DNA of 64,000 nt from Eledone cirrhosa (Eukaryota): assembly GCA_964016885.1 (NCBI GenBank), contig OZ024751.1:37262001-37326000 (forward strand), in the 5' to 3' direction. Below are positions 28,790 through 45,105 of the stretch, piece after piece. The first letter of the stretch is position 1; each line of letters starts with the position of its first letter. The notes under the pieces are model-generated. The model worked only from the letters and a program-made list of their open reading frames with translations. It had not been told where the DNA came from and did not search any database. Position numbers and translations under genes: made by a program.

Positions 28790-31700
28790 AGGTAAAGGAT
28801 GAGTAGCACAGATCAGCGATGTATTATCGCTTCATTCCAAGCATTAAATATGCAATTAATTATGTCTTGAAATCGCTATCAATAGTTGATTGGTTATTAC
28901 GAAATTCAGTTTTATATGCACAGAAGAATGCAATTACTAGGTGAATTATCAAAATACTGATCGTTCGTAACCTGACCTTAGATAACCTTAGACGATTCTC
29001 GTTTGCTTTTATATATATATACATTATATATATATATATATATGGTAGGGGCGAAAACAACTAAATGATTTTTGCTGTTCGAATATGCCAAGTCTGAAAA
29101 GCCGTAATCCATCGAGACAGATGTCGTAATCTGAAGACAACTATAGTGGTTGTGACAAGGAATATTCCTACCACCGACGGCAGACATATAATGGTGGTCT
29201 CTCTAGTAGAGACCAACAAACAGAGAAAAACCTGTAAACATATGTCTCCCTCCAGCCACACCATCAATGCTGTCTTCTCTCCTGTGAATTCAAGTAAATA
29301 AACAGTATATCCTAACTCAAGTAAATGAGGAATTGCTGGAGTATCGTATAAGACAATTAAGTATCTTTACTACGATGTCTCTTGTGGAATCTTATAATTC
29401 GATTTAATCAGAATATATTTGCCTTTTTAGGGAGAGAACAAACTCGGAACTGTTATTTGCTAATGGATGGAATTGTCCGTTTTCTTTCCTAAAGAAACAA
29501 AATGTCATGCATTTCTGTTAATACGAAACAATGTATTTTGTTTTTTGTAAATATCATCACTAATTTTTCAGTCCATTGTTTTTCTTCTCTTCATTATCGA
29601 ATATCTTCTATTAGTCTATCTTTATTCTTTCTGCCATTTAATCCCATTTGATGCATTATTTCACGTAGGCACATATTTAAAAAAAATATTTGGTTTGAAT
29701 AAACAAACTCTATAATCATGTTTTCTTTCTCCATAACATAGAATCTAAATATTTCTTCTGTTATCGTTCTTTCCACGCGATTTTACCTTTATAATATAGT
29801 TTTCTTTTTATTTCGTATTTTATTCCGGTTTCTTGTATTCATATATTCTTGTTCTGCTTATCTCAATCGAAAGATAGGATCCCTTTCCCATTTTTTGAAA
29901 TCCTACGTAGTCTAATTCCTTTCTGTTCTCAGTTTCTTTCTTTGCGAAGCTTTGCCTACTTTATGTATTAGCAGGAACCTATATTCTACTTTTTTTTACA
30001 CATCTTTCTACACATAATACAATAGCTGATATTCAATTAGCACACGTTGTGTGTGTTTTAGTTTCCTTGAAATAGCGTGGAATATGAAAATTAGTTATGG
30101 CTTGGAAGCTGCTACAATACAGGTGGTTCTGTAGATATTAGGGCAACACAATCAGGTAAAGAACGAGTGCGAAGAGCTTGAGTGGAGAAGAAGATAAAAG
30201 TAGAATCAAAGATTAAATATTAAATATTCCCAATATATCTCGAACGTATGTTCTATTATTATGTGTTTCGATGGGAACCACGGAGGATGTGGAATATGTT
30301 TATATCTCACTGGGGCTCATGTAGGAATTCCAACTGTCTTTACTCACCTGATGTTGCTGCCTTAGCATTTACATCCCACCACCCTTGCATTGGAACGAAT
30401 TCCAAATTATAACCATACACTATTATTGTTTCAGAATGATTCGGTTAAAGTTATAGATTACTTATAGATGCTGAGACGAATCTGATTCCTACTAGCAACA
30501 TATTCGTATTTTTGTAATTCAAAATTTAGCAAAGATTTTCCAAGAACATTTTGGTACCTTCCTTCAATACATTTCGTGTACTCAGAGTCGATAAAATGGA
30601 TGTCTGGAATGGTACTCATATTCAAAGACAGCTACGTCCGTTATGAACATTTTATTAAAATCTTATTTTCAATTATTAAAGAGTTGTTTTTAGTACTACC
30701 AAATATCAGATGAAACTATATATATTCACATGTATTGTGTAGTGCAAACGGAGCTATTAAGACCCAGGGTCACTTTCACAACACTACAAATGCATTATAT
30801 TTAGACTTGGCACATTATACATTTTAGTGTGGCGAAGCTTAATATTACTGGAGATTAATACACTCGTTTGCCCTATGACTGGTGAAGTATATTACTTACA
30901 TTTCGTGAACTGAGACAGTAATTGTCAGCTTCGCACATTAAAGATTGTGTTGAACCTCTGTGAAACAAACATAACGCAATATTCAGCTAAAGTTTTGCAA
31001 TAGACCTGAGATGGTTCTGCTACAAATGTCTTACTGTGGTTTTGAACCCTCACAAAATTCAACATCTACCAGAAAAAAGCAACTAACAACAATCTAAAGA
31101 TGTAAAAGATACTATCGACGTTTTTCGCCAGCTACTAATGTAAATGTTTTATGTATAAACTCAATGAAAATTTCAAACTGCTACTTGGAATGTAGTGACA
31201 TTTGAAGAATGCTTTATGAGATTTTCTTTGACTTATGATGTTAGATTTTAGTTGTAGCTACAGCATTCTTTTTATTTCTATATTAAATGTGTGTCTATAA
31301 ACTATTAACTTTGGCTGTTTATCATTCGTTCATATATTTTCTGTTCTATACGTTGTTTGTGTTTTACAAATTTATTTAACACATTCTTTTACATACAAAT
31401 TCTTCTTTTATTTTGTCTTAGCACATTATTTATGAATTTCTGTCATATATGTTCTCACGGCCTAACAGCATAAAGTTATCTAATTTGAATAAATAGTTTT
31501 ATGAAAAAAATATTTAGGTATTTTCGTCCGTCAAGTTTGGAACAGAATGTTCTTTTCATAATAAATATATCTACACTATATCTTGCTAGGTTTAATTAGG
31601 ATTCTTATCCTCATTAGGAACAGTTGGCTATACATTCACCAGAGCTACTAGCCTTAATTGAGAAATATATATTCGTACTGCGTGGTAAAATCTTAAAGAC

Positions 31701-32354
31701 GTAGATTTTTGCCCTTAGTCAAAAAATAAAGAGAACAAATAAAGTAAGGGAACCTGCTAGGTACTCACAAACAAGGGAGTAGAAGAATGTCAAAAAATTA
31801 AAATTAATTTGCGTGTGAATCTAAACCTCTCTCGCTCTCTCTGGGTATCGATATCGTACCTCATTCAATACAGCAGCACCTGTTTAATCATTGATTATGT
31901 GAGGTCAAACAACAACAACAACAACAACAACAACGACTATATTTATTACCATATACAGAAAAACAGATCATAAACGTTGTGTAATGTATGATAATATGTA
32001 AATAATTCAAGTTAAAGCTCAATATAATATTTTAACTTAGTGAGATCCTGGCTATGAAAGAGGCTAAATAGACAAATAGAGTTTGAAAATGAATTGATTT
32101 AGAAAACTAAAATCTCATGTGAAAAGCAATAAATATCATAAAAGAATGACTAATATAATCATTTAAAAATGTCAGCTGGGACATTATATTCATTGATTGA
32201 CAAACATTAGATTGGTGTTAGAAGCAAAACCTATAATAACAAAATATGAAGATATGAAATTTTTACGTTATTTTACAAATTAATATTTGATGTAATTGTT
32301 TTGATTTTTTTGTCGTTTATTTTGTGTCAGTTTGTTAAAGATTTATTAGTGTGC

Positions 32355-32424
<70 letters not shown>

Positions 32425-32929
32425 ATATATGCGTTTACGAGTGTATATGTGTCTATGTTTATGTACCGTACTTTAGTGGTTGGAGAATGGGATTGATATG
32501 ATCAACTAAATGTAGTCTGAACTTCAGAATGACCACAGTTTAATGATTGAAAACAGTAATGGAATAGACTGAATGTTACATTATTTAAGAAATTAATATT
32601 GGATGTCAATAGGGTAATGGATGGCCAGAGTCGTTAGAGCGTCGGAGCGACTAAAGTGCCAGTCAAATATTAGGTTCATTTAATCAATGTTAGCATTCTC
32701 CCAAAGTTGCTGGCCTTGTGCCTGTATTAGATATTTCTGTCATTTATTTGGTATTATGTTAAAAATACAAGTTGACCATATACATTACCATAAATTTCCT
32801 CATCGTCATGTGTCTTAATGCATCATGGGATACGCTGATAACATAGAAATGAAATGTACAACTCACAACAATGCAGAAAATCATATAAAGGGTTTAGTGA
32901 AGGAAACATTGTTTAGTGAAAATTATAAT

Positions 32930-33128
32930 AATAATTGTTTCTACTTTTGGCACAAGGCCAGCTATTATCCCAGCGCATTACTGGTACACTGGTACTTTAT
33001 TTTATCGACCCCGTAAGGATGAAAGGCGAAGTTAACCTCGACGGGATATGAACTCAGATCGTAAAGGGCCGTAACTCTATGCTGCAAAGCATGGCGTCCG
33101 ACCCTCTACCGATACTGCCAATCCGACG
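32930..33128 (-). mobile_element. tRNA-derived SINE (family S1)
   Basis: Reverse complement of 3648-3833 with a small internal duplication (ctggtacactggtac). Confidence 0.9.
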
Positions 33129-33134
33129 GTTTTT

Positions 33135-33310
33135 AATTTAGACAAAAGGCCAGTAACTTTGGATGTGTGGCGCAGTCGATTAAATCAACCTCATTTCCTA
33201 AAGGTGGTTTATTTTAATTTTAACTACCTCTAAATGATGAACAGTGAATTTAACCATAGTTAGATTGAACTCAGAACGCAAAGAGCTGAAGCAAACACTA
33301 CTATCCACTC
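33135..33310 (-). mobile_element. Old S1-related SINE
   Basis: aaaggccagtaactttgg...gtcgattaaatcaacc...gattgaactcagaacg. Confidence 0.55.
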
Positions 33311-34523
33311 AGCTAATAAATTTAAGAAGAATATATTTATTTCGTCAAATAATATCTTTCATTCACAATATGTTCTTATAAAGTGCAAACTCACATGAGT
33401 ATAAAGAGGTGTACCAAAACGAAAGTCTACATTTTAGTCACACTTAATTATATTATAATAAGCAACGTGTTTTGTAGAAGACGAGAATGGCATTTTAAAT
33501 TGTATATAAAGCATCGTAATTATTTTTCTTCAGAGTGGAAATACCAGTACGTATAAATATATAGATATATAGTTCCCTCATAAACATGTATGTATGTATA
33601 TACATGTGTGATGAAATTGCATTATAGTGAAAATATATAGGTCAAAATTTGTATATAAATATTAATAAGGTAGCTGGCGTTTCATACATATTTAAAACAT
33701 CGAGAACATGAATATGGCATCTAAGATGGATGTAGGAGTGTATATATAGTGAAATATTTGAAAAATCTCCTCAAGAAAGGCAAGAGTTTAACGGGCAAAA
33801 AAAATAGAAAGCAAGAGATATATAAAAATAAGGAAATATAGTTAGGGTATATGTATAAATGTGTAATTATTCACTCACACATGTACAAATGCATGTGTAT
33901 AGTGAAAATGTGTGTGTGCGTAAGTACGTATACGAGGGCAAGCATAATAGTGTATGTGTGACCAATACGTATATAATATAAGTTGAAAAATAATGTATAT
34001 CCAGATTTAGGTATTAAATATATACACATACAAGTGTGAAAGCACACGTATAAACACACACGCGCGATCATTTATATGCGGGAGATAAAAAGGGAAGGGA
34101 GTGTTTAGTCAAAAAGAGTGTCATATTCGATACATATGAAAATGAAACAATATATGAGAAAGAAAAAAAATTTGTTTAAATCAAAGAGAAAGTAAGAGGG
34201 AGGGGTTATCAATTATAAATTAACACTTGAGAAAAAGAAAACGAACATAGGTTCGCACGTACGCACATATATATATTTATATATATAAATATATATAAAT
34301 GAAAAGTATAGAAATGGTTGTAGCGAGAAGCTAACAGTATTCCGTAACATATATATATAAATATATATATATATGAATACGTACAGGCAAAAGCGCATGC
34401 ATACGTACATACATACACACGAAGCACACACATATCTATACATATATCGGCACACGTATATCTAAGCATACGTACGTACGCCACTATATATATACATATA
34501 TGCATACACAAACATACATACAT

Positions 34524-34905
34524 ATCTATCTATCTAAGGCGGGTAAAATTCCCGAGATCCATGGACGAGTTCTCTCCAGCGGTCTCTGTCCCTCATTATC
34601 GCTGCCATGTCCTGCGTCTCCAACAGACCAGTGTCTGTCTTTAGGGCATCAACATACGTTAACCTTGGTCTTCCTCTTCTAGTGTGTCCATGTAGGGGCT
34701 CCCAAAGGAGAACTGAGTGCAATGTCAACTCTGGATGTCGGTGAGCATGTCCAGCTAACCTCAGTCTCCTCTGTGTCACTTTTGAGCTGACTTTTGGGAT
34801 GCTCCAATACAGCTCTGAGTTTTTCATCCTCAGTGTATACTGATTAATGTTCAGAGCCATCCTCAGCATTCTCTTGTAGCACCCATCCACCATCTGGTCA
34901 GTGTC
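34524..34905 (-). mobile_element. 5'-truncated RTE-clade LINE 3' end with open frame and (GATA) tail
   Basis: ORF 34534-34926 encodes DGCYKRMLRMALN...RRLRLAGHAHRH...LLWEPLHGHTRRGRPRLTYVDAL...MRDRDRWR, a typical RTE C-terminus. The stop codon runs into gatagatagat. Confidence 0.88.
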
Positions 34906-35525
34906 CATATACACATACTTATACACATACGTTCACCCACATACACATACTCGTATAAATATAGATATACAAACACACATGCTCACATATATAGACACAC
35001 ACACGCACACATACGGAGGCGCATGCACACTCACACGCATAGATATAAACTATAGACCAGCCATATGAAAAAAAGAAATACAAATATAGAAGCGGCTGCG
35101 AAACAACAGAATATATCTGGGGTTGAAAACGCAAGTGACAGTATATCAGGTAATGAAAGAAAATGGGGAAGTAAAGTGTGTAATGTGAAGATAATATGGA
35201 AGTGAATCAAAAAATAAAATAGGGGGGTGGGGGGCTCACCGGCGGATGTGAAGTGAAAATAAAGATGAAAATAAAATTTAAATTGAAAGTAAATCAGAAA
35301 GAGAAGTCTGTAAAGAGGATAATTTAAGGAAAGTGAAGAACAAGAGTTTATGGAGGATAAGTATCTGAAAGTGAGTTAAGAATGGGGACGTTTTTCGTAT
35401 TCGTCTTATTCGGGAAACCTCTGGTAATGAGGTAATTATATTGTATTATTTATTATTAAATTTAACTCTGGTACTTACATAGAGCATGCTTCACTCCTAT
35501 GACTTTTTCAATTTTCAACGGAAAC

Positions 35526-35604
35526 AAAAACTTGCCGAGTGCTTTATATCAGTTATAAAATATTTACTTATTGTATCCCAACAATTTTAAATAGAACTTT
35601 TGCA
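35526..35604 (+). mobile_element. Tail-only insertion of family B
   Basis: Matches 15127-15204 and ends at the same ...aatagaacttttgca|(TA)n junction. Confidence 0.85.
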
Positions 35605-36394
<790 letters not shown>

Positions 36395-38232
36395 CTTCTG
36401 TACGAAAGTACATTCGATTATAACGGTATCTCTGCTACAGTGAAGCTCCTGTATCGAATCCAGTATGAGAAACGCAAAGTCTGAAAGCATGGAATTTAAA
36501 ATTCGTATATCGTTTAGTGTATGTGAAATTGTTGTGTCTATTCCACTAAGTCAGTGCTCCTCAATCTCATATAATCAACAGGCCAGACATCAATATTAAC
36601 TGTATGCCATCGTGTGTTAGTCAGTTGACAGGAATAATTGTATTTATTTTGTTTAAATATGAAAAGAATTGTTTGTTAGATGGGTCCAACGAATCTATGT
36701 TTCCATTGTATATTTCTTTCCAAATTGCTTCTATTTAATTTCATGTACATGACAAGAAGCTGTTCATTTTCTCAAATGAAATTCATTCAGTGTAAGATAT
36801 TTGCATTTCAAGTAAATTGATCCTTAAAGAATTCAAGTTTAAAATAATTTCAAACATGTTCGAAATATTTCATTCGCTGTTCTCATAACAATTCAGCATT
36901 ACAATCGTTAAGAGTAATCAAAAGAATTTGTAGTATGTGGCAGTACCATTTCTCCGATGATTTGTCTGCCGATCACGTATAAGTACTCAAGCATACGTGA
37001 CATTATTTACAAGACTGTCCCTATCTCTGTCCTAGAAGCATTTAATTAACGAATTAAGAATTTCCTTTCCCTCTACAATGATTAGGTGGAGCTTCAGTGA
37101 TTATTATAACCTCTTCAATCTATCTTCATTGCTACCATTAATAGCTGCCATGAATTAAACAACGTTTTAATCAGTCCCATTTTCTCCCTCACAACAACTC
37201 AGCCGCCATCATCATTCCTAGTGCTGCTATTTCTCTCTCCTATTTATCGACCATGTCAGGTCACACTAGAAAAATATGGCTTCTCTTTCGTGACACCGTT
37301 TAAAACACGCTTTATGAAGAAGTCTGTAAAGTAGCAGAAGCTCTTTAACTATATCTTCTTCAGAGGGAGACATTCCATAATAATAATAACAATAATAATA
37401 ATAACAATAATAATAACAATAATAATAATAATAGTGATAATAATAATGATAATAATTGACAGATTCGCATAGAAATTAATTAGCAATATCGAACACCTAA
37501 TAATTATCAGTAAATAAAATCACAGTCACATCAGCAATTCTATTTTCGCAAGAAACTTATGATTTCATTATGACTATCTGCCTGTCTGTCTGTCTTTGTC
37601 TATTTTTCTTCATGTACACACACACACACAGACACACATATACAAATATATATACATATACACATATTTATATACATATACATATATACATATTTATATA
37701 CATATACATATATACATATTTATATACATATATATATACATATATACATATATACATATATATATGCACACTCACAAACACACCTATATATATATATAAA
37801 TATATATACATACATACACATAAATATGCGTGTGTGTGGCTGCGCGTTTGTATTACGAGGATGCAGATTCCTGCAGACACCTGCGAAAAATCTATTGTTC
37901 AGTCTTTCTTCTATAATCAACCAAATTACAATTATGAATACAAAATATAATTTTTATTGTTTATCCTTAATATCATTGAAATCTTTTATTGCTTACTATG
38001 TCCATATGCTGGGGTCAAACTGTATGTTGTGTGTATCGGCACCAACATGGTGGCGATATATCATTAAAATGAGTTACAAATTGCCACACATACGTTGACA
38101 TATAACCACAGCGAGACTCAAACTTACATGTATTTCTCTTGAGGCTGAAGTCCTTACCCTTACTAAAACAGTGGTTAGTATTCCGGGACGCGTGCTTGCC
38201 TTCTTACACACAATCCTGAGAACCTTCTTGAG

Positions 38233-38417
38233 ATAATTGTTTCTACTGTTGGCACAAAGCCAGCAATTATCCCAGTGTATTACTGGTACTTTATTTTATC
38301 GACCCCGTAAGGATGAAAGGCAAAGTTAATCTCGGCGGGATTTGAACTCGGACTGTAAAGGGACGTAACTGTGCTACAGAGCTGGTGTCCGACCCTCTAC
38401 CGATACTTCCAATCCAG
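38233..38417 (-). mobile_element. tRNA-derived SINE (family S1) with TSD
   Basis: Reverse complement of the S1 sequence. cttcttgag(R)taa starts at 38224 and 38418. Confidence 0.9.
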
Positions 38418-38655
38418 CTTCTTGAGGTAACGTTTTAAAGATGGATGCCGATCGAGGGACCACCCCTATTAATAACCACTTATAACACGTTCAGTTTCAT
38501 ATTCCTATATTGAAGTGGACACAAACTGATTATTTAAAACCCCACACATTTATCATGAATATGTATGTTCTTAGTTTTAGATTTCTTGAATCTAGTATAT
38601 AGACCTGTGTAGATTTATATTAATATATCATCAACTACCAATAGACTAAATTATA

Positions 38656-38983
38656 TAGGAAGGTCGATGAACAGTTCATAGGCTTATTATAAAGGAATGA
38701 TACATGTATTGGAAAATCTTGCATACATTAATTTCAACTCTTATTAATAATTGCATTGCCACTTACCAGTGAAAAATAAAACTCATTTGGTCATTCCATG
38801 AGAGTATTTTGGTCAGCATATGAAGGAATGATGCTGGCCATGTGAAATCTTGCATGCATTAATTTCAACTCTTATAAAGAACTGCATTGTTTCTTTCCAG
38901 GGACTATGATAAAAAATAAACCTCATTTGGTTATTCCACGAGAGTATCTTGTCCAACCTATGAACCTTTCAGCCGACCCTGTA
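38656..38983. mobile_element. Mariner-like MITE with an internal direct duplication of about 130 bp
   Basis: Imperfect TIRs ggtcgatgaacagttcataggct / aacctatgaacctttcagccgacc bounded by TA. Unit aaggaatga...aaatcttgcat...ctcatttgg...gagagtat occurs twice. Confidence 0.7.
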
Positions 38984-40554
38984 AGTAAATGATATCTATT
39001 TTACGTTACTATTCCTAAACATCTTTCTTCTGATTCCTACACGTGAATATTTACTTATTCGTTCTGTACTCAGACCACGTTACAGCTTCTTGTTTGTAGT
39101 ATGTGTATCTCTGTAGGAATTCTATTTCATATTACTTGTACATACCTATTAATTCATAAATACGTTGAATAAACGGTTTTCATAATTCATTTGTATTCAT
39201 ATATTGCAGTTGTTAACATCAGAAAACAATTGCAGCTCAATATTGTTTAGTGAACTTTTAGCTCTTCTCTTGTGAATGTATTTATTTTAATTCATATTCC
39301 GCTGGATGACTGATTTGAAAATATAGTTGTAGTAATGTTCAGAATTATTAAATATGTGTTGTGAAGAAGAATGTACCATCTATGACGTCAAAGTAAAGCT
39401 GATGACGTTTGCGTATGTCAGGATTTAGTAAAGGCAGATACTCTCAGCAAAGGAATGACCAATGGAAATGCAGTTTCCTTCCTGCCATTTAATAATTAAC
39501 TTTTTTCTTCTGTTTCTTACTCCTAACATAATATTCTAGTTAATTAAAAACATCTGTCCTAAATCTCAAATCTTATTATTGTATTATTTTCAGACACTCA
39601 CACACACATACCTTTATATATATCCAGGGAGTGTAACTTGGAGTTACAAAAGGCTCTACAGGACTAGAACTGATGATTTCTCCCGAATGAAACATTTCTA
39701 GACCTGTAGAAGCCTTATCTATATTAAATATTTATACTCTGCTTTGTATTGAATACCTTACTTACTGTGGTTATCTCCGATTGAACACGGGATAAACTTT
39801 ATATATATATATGCATACACACATACACAGGCGAACGCATACACACACACACGCACACACACACACACACACGCTCATATGTGTGGTATAAGTGCACATA
39901 CATGTGTTTATGTGTGTGAATTTAAAAAGTATAGGAATTGATTTACATACGTCTTCTATATCGATTAGACGTTTAAATTTGTAATTTCTATTTTGCATAG
40001 GTTATAATAATCATTTTGGTAGGTTACATAATGACACAATAAAATTAACGTGAATATGAAATTGGAGTGTTTCATACTGCTATTGTTCCGAATAAAAAGG
40101 AAACAAATCGATTTAGTATACTATTGATATTGATAAATGATGAGAAAATATTAAGATAAGAATTTCATTAAATTAAAACAGTTACGTCCCTTACATCATC
40201 TTCCGGTTGCGCTGTCTGCCATAGCTGCTGGCAAGATAAAAATTGATTAAATTGAAACATTCTTTATGAAACATTCTACAAAACATTCTCTTGTCTCTCG
40301 TTTACAAACGAGACTCTCTCGCTCTTTCTCTCTATCACATAAACACACACACATACACACACACAAACACACAAACATGTATGTGTCTGTGTGGATATTA
40401 GAATGCGTGTTTAAAGTAACTCAGTGTTTACAACACTAAAACATTAATAGGGTACACAATACTGTTGTTTAAAGTGTAAATTATAGTTTCTTATTAGACA
40501 ATTGGTGGTAGTGGGTTTTACGTTTCACCATGCTCACCTCATCTGGTGGTCTAT

Positions 40555-40586
<32 letters not shown>

Positions 40587-43500
40587 CATATATATAATGG
40601 TGTATTTTCTTAGCAAACGGATACAGAATGGGTTAATCTTTAACAGAATCAGCACTCAATACATGTATCTACGTGTATGTGTATATGAATGCGTATATAT
40701 GTTACTGTATTTATGTATTACTACCTCTACGTTTCGTATTGTAAGTGAATGCACGCAAGCGAGCTGTATGTATATATTATTCTGACATAAAGATTTGTCA
40801 ATCACTACAACACTTCTAAACATTCAGCAGTAAATGGAAATCTTCAGCTCGTTCACTTGGAAACAATTAATGAGAGTCAACCAGTCAAATCTAGAATATT
40901 TGCATCGCACGTGCACAGAATATAATCAAATTTAAATGTATGTTTTAATTTGGAATTATTATTTAAACCACCGACTGAATATATGAATGCTTAACAAAAA
41001 TAATTACCAACAACTCCATTTCTCTCGTTTATGTCATTACTTTTTTTCTTGGCGTTTATTTCATTTAATTATATTTTTTCTGTGGAAACAATACTAACAA
41101 ATAAAATATTCGTCTAACGTGAATTTATGAGATTTTATATAATGTACCCCCCCTCTACACTCATGTACTCACTCGACCCCTCCCTTAACACACACACACA
41201 CACACATATATATACATACATTATATATATATATATATATATAAAATATCACACATACGCTTATGTAGCATCACGTACATATATTCACACATAATCTCAT
41301 ACACATACTGGCATTACACAACTTACATGCACATATACAGACACATATATACGTATTCTAGCACGTACAGCACATTCCTCACACATATTGTATATTAGCT
41401 GATGGGTGTTTTACTTGTATATCATAAATGTATGACTATTTCCCCAGAGCTATTTATGAGTGCTTTCTATGAAAATACGTGGATTGTATTCAGATTTACT
41501 GAGATTATAATCAGGAATATATTTAAACTTCTCTTAAATAATATCGATCATATACATCGCCCACATTCCTGCAAAGCAGTAATTTCTAACTATGATTTTA
41601 TCGAGGAAACGAAGAGACACAGAGAATGTAGCACCAATCATTTTGCAATATCGAGATTACGCCGACAAAACCTTTTTTCGAAATGCATGGCCGGCATCTT
41701 TGAGCATTGTTTTAATCACGTATTCAAGAGATGCTCTTAGCTAATCTCTAGCAAATTATTTTACAAATCGCAATGGTTTTCAGAACTACTGGTTCATTTT
41801 GAAATTAATTTCTAATCTAGGTACATAGCCAGCAAATTGTTGGTAGGGTAAATTGTTTAAAACACTTGAAAGGAGCCTTATTTTATCGATCCCGGAAAAC
41901 ATGTTTGACCTGGGCGAAATATGATCATAGAATCTAACGAGCCAGATAAAAAGTATTGCGATGACATTGTAAACGGTGTACCATCAATTCTCCATTCATA
42001 CGTGGCCAGTAATATATCACGCTATATATGTATATATATATATATTATAAAATATACATTGTGATATATATTATCAAATATACAACGCATCGCCTGACCC
42101 GGGAATCAAACTCACAACCACTAATAGGAGCCTCTTCACAAATATAGTCTTCCCAATGTGTGTGAGTATAACAATAGACTAAACCTATACATAAAATATT
42201 CGGTTTTTACAAATGTTGCCAAATTACCCGCTTCAGTGTGACATTAATATCGCCAATTGTGTGTGAAGTAACATCCCTTAGGCAGGGTGCTTGTGTATCC
42301 AGATTCTTTCGTTAGGAATTCTGACCTCTACACTTGAGGACTATGGACCACTCTTCAAAAGCTTAGTAGGTTTTTTATTGAGAGTGATTGATTAGTCAAT
42401 CCATTGCCCTTACATACACGCAGCTGGATCAAGACATTGACATGAACTATAGTGCATAAATTAAAATGTAATCACGCTTGATTCAGAAGTCTGATCATCA
42501 AACATTTTAAAAGTGAACATAGGCTTAAACATTATCTCGATGAATCACTTATTTCTATAGGTTGCTATTAATTAAGAAGACCTCTTAGCGTCAACATAAA
42601 ATTATCAAATGTTCTCCTAACTTGAATAATATATATTTTATATCACAGGAATATTCAGTTCCCATCCCATTTTCAATTATTTTCTTATTTTTGTATAATT
42701 CATATAAAATAGATTATAATTTCCTGTCCTGTGTTTTATTCCATTATTTTAATTATAAATCACAATATAGGATATAATACAAATATAAACCCAATTTTTG
42801 TTTTAGCTCCAATCCTATTTCTGTAGGCATAAGCACCATACGAATAAATTTATATTAAAATTGAAATTAAATCATTTTAAAGATGTGTATAATCTTGATA
42901 ACTTAATATTTATTCATAGTTTCTTGATTGAAAATATTGAATATGGGGAATCTTGCTTTCAGCAAATAATAAATATGGAAATTTCATTCTTTTCCGATGT
43001 ACTCCATGAATGTACTGCATTAGAATTAATAATATAAAATTAAGCGAATAAAGGCGTTAATAGGATTGTCAGTGGTGTAACCTTCTGTAGCTTTATTGAT
43101 AAAAAAGCTTAATATGGAACTGCAAAATCATATGTTTTCTACGAATTGAATATGTTCTTTCTCAGATATATTAATGAGAATGCATCTTCACATTCATTTC
43201 ACAAATGTGTGTACAAAAGTTATTGAATCTCCGAATATGTTACAACGAATAGAGATTTAAGCAGTCTTCATTAACTGAATATCCATGTATTCAAGCTAAT
43301 GGTATGATTTAGGGTCTAGTATTGTTTCAAATTTGCCTCAGGTGCCAGGTTGACACTCGACCTGATTTGTGAGAGATAATAAACAAAATGCGTCTTATAG
43401 ATTATATATTAATAGTTTCCTGGACAGACATTCAGAGGTGATCATTCTTTCTGACAACTGCAAATGTATAATGCGTTTTGTTCTGCATATTGAAATATAT

Positions 43501-43924
43501 AAACGTAGACATATTTATATAGCTCGCCTGGGACTTTTCTACTACAACGTGGATCATTCTCATAGCTAAATCAACTTTATATATCGAGCAGATAGTCGTA
43601 TCTTAAAGTTCATTGTAATGGGCTAATATAATTAAACAGATTTAATCAAGCGAGGGGTTATAGTTTGATACCTTGGGTTAAATGCAATATTTAACAATGC
43701 ACCGCTAAGCAACAGCTTTGTTTCACCGTTGCATATCAAAATATTCCATCGATATCTCTAATAAACCTCCTGAATTGATGCATTTTAGTAGCTGATTATA
43801 TTGGATAAACCATCCAAATTGAGTTGTAACTGATGCACCTCACTCATATTATAGCTGATAACATATACAGTCATGTCGGAAATATCGTAATATTTGTATT
43901 ACACACACACATATATATATATAA

Positions 43925-44931
<1,007 letters not shown>

Positions 44932-45053
44932 AATAATCTCTATTGGGTTGGTGGCTGAGAGAAAAGGATACCCATTACCGAAGTAGATTTAAAATATTCG
45001 TTCTATTAAAGCTAATAGATGGATCTTGAGAAATAAGATAGATTGAGGGGACC

Positions 45054-45102
<49 letters not shown>

Positions 45103-45105
<3 letters not shown>

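Noticed and set aside
29131-29170. CTGAAGA followed by a hairpin
   Set aside because: Followed by GACA rather than GAAA, with no convincing stems I or III.
30341-30425. Minus-strand exon ending in the consensus donor CAG|GTGAGT
   Set aside because: No good acceptor, in-frame stops upstream, and the segment is one arm of a degenerate inverted repeat.
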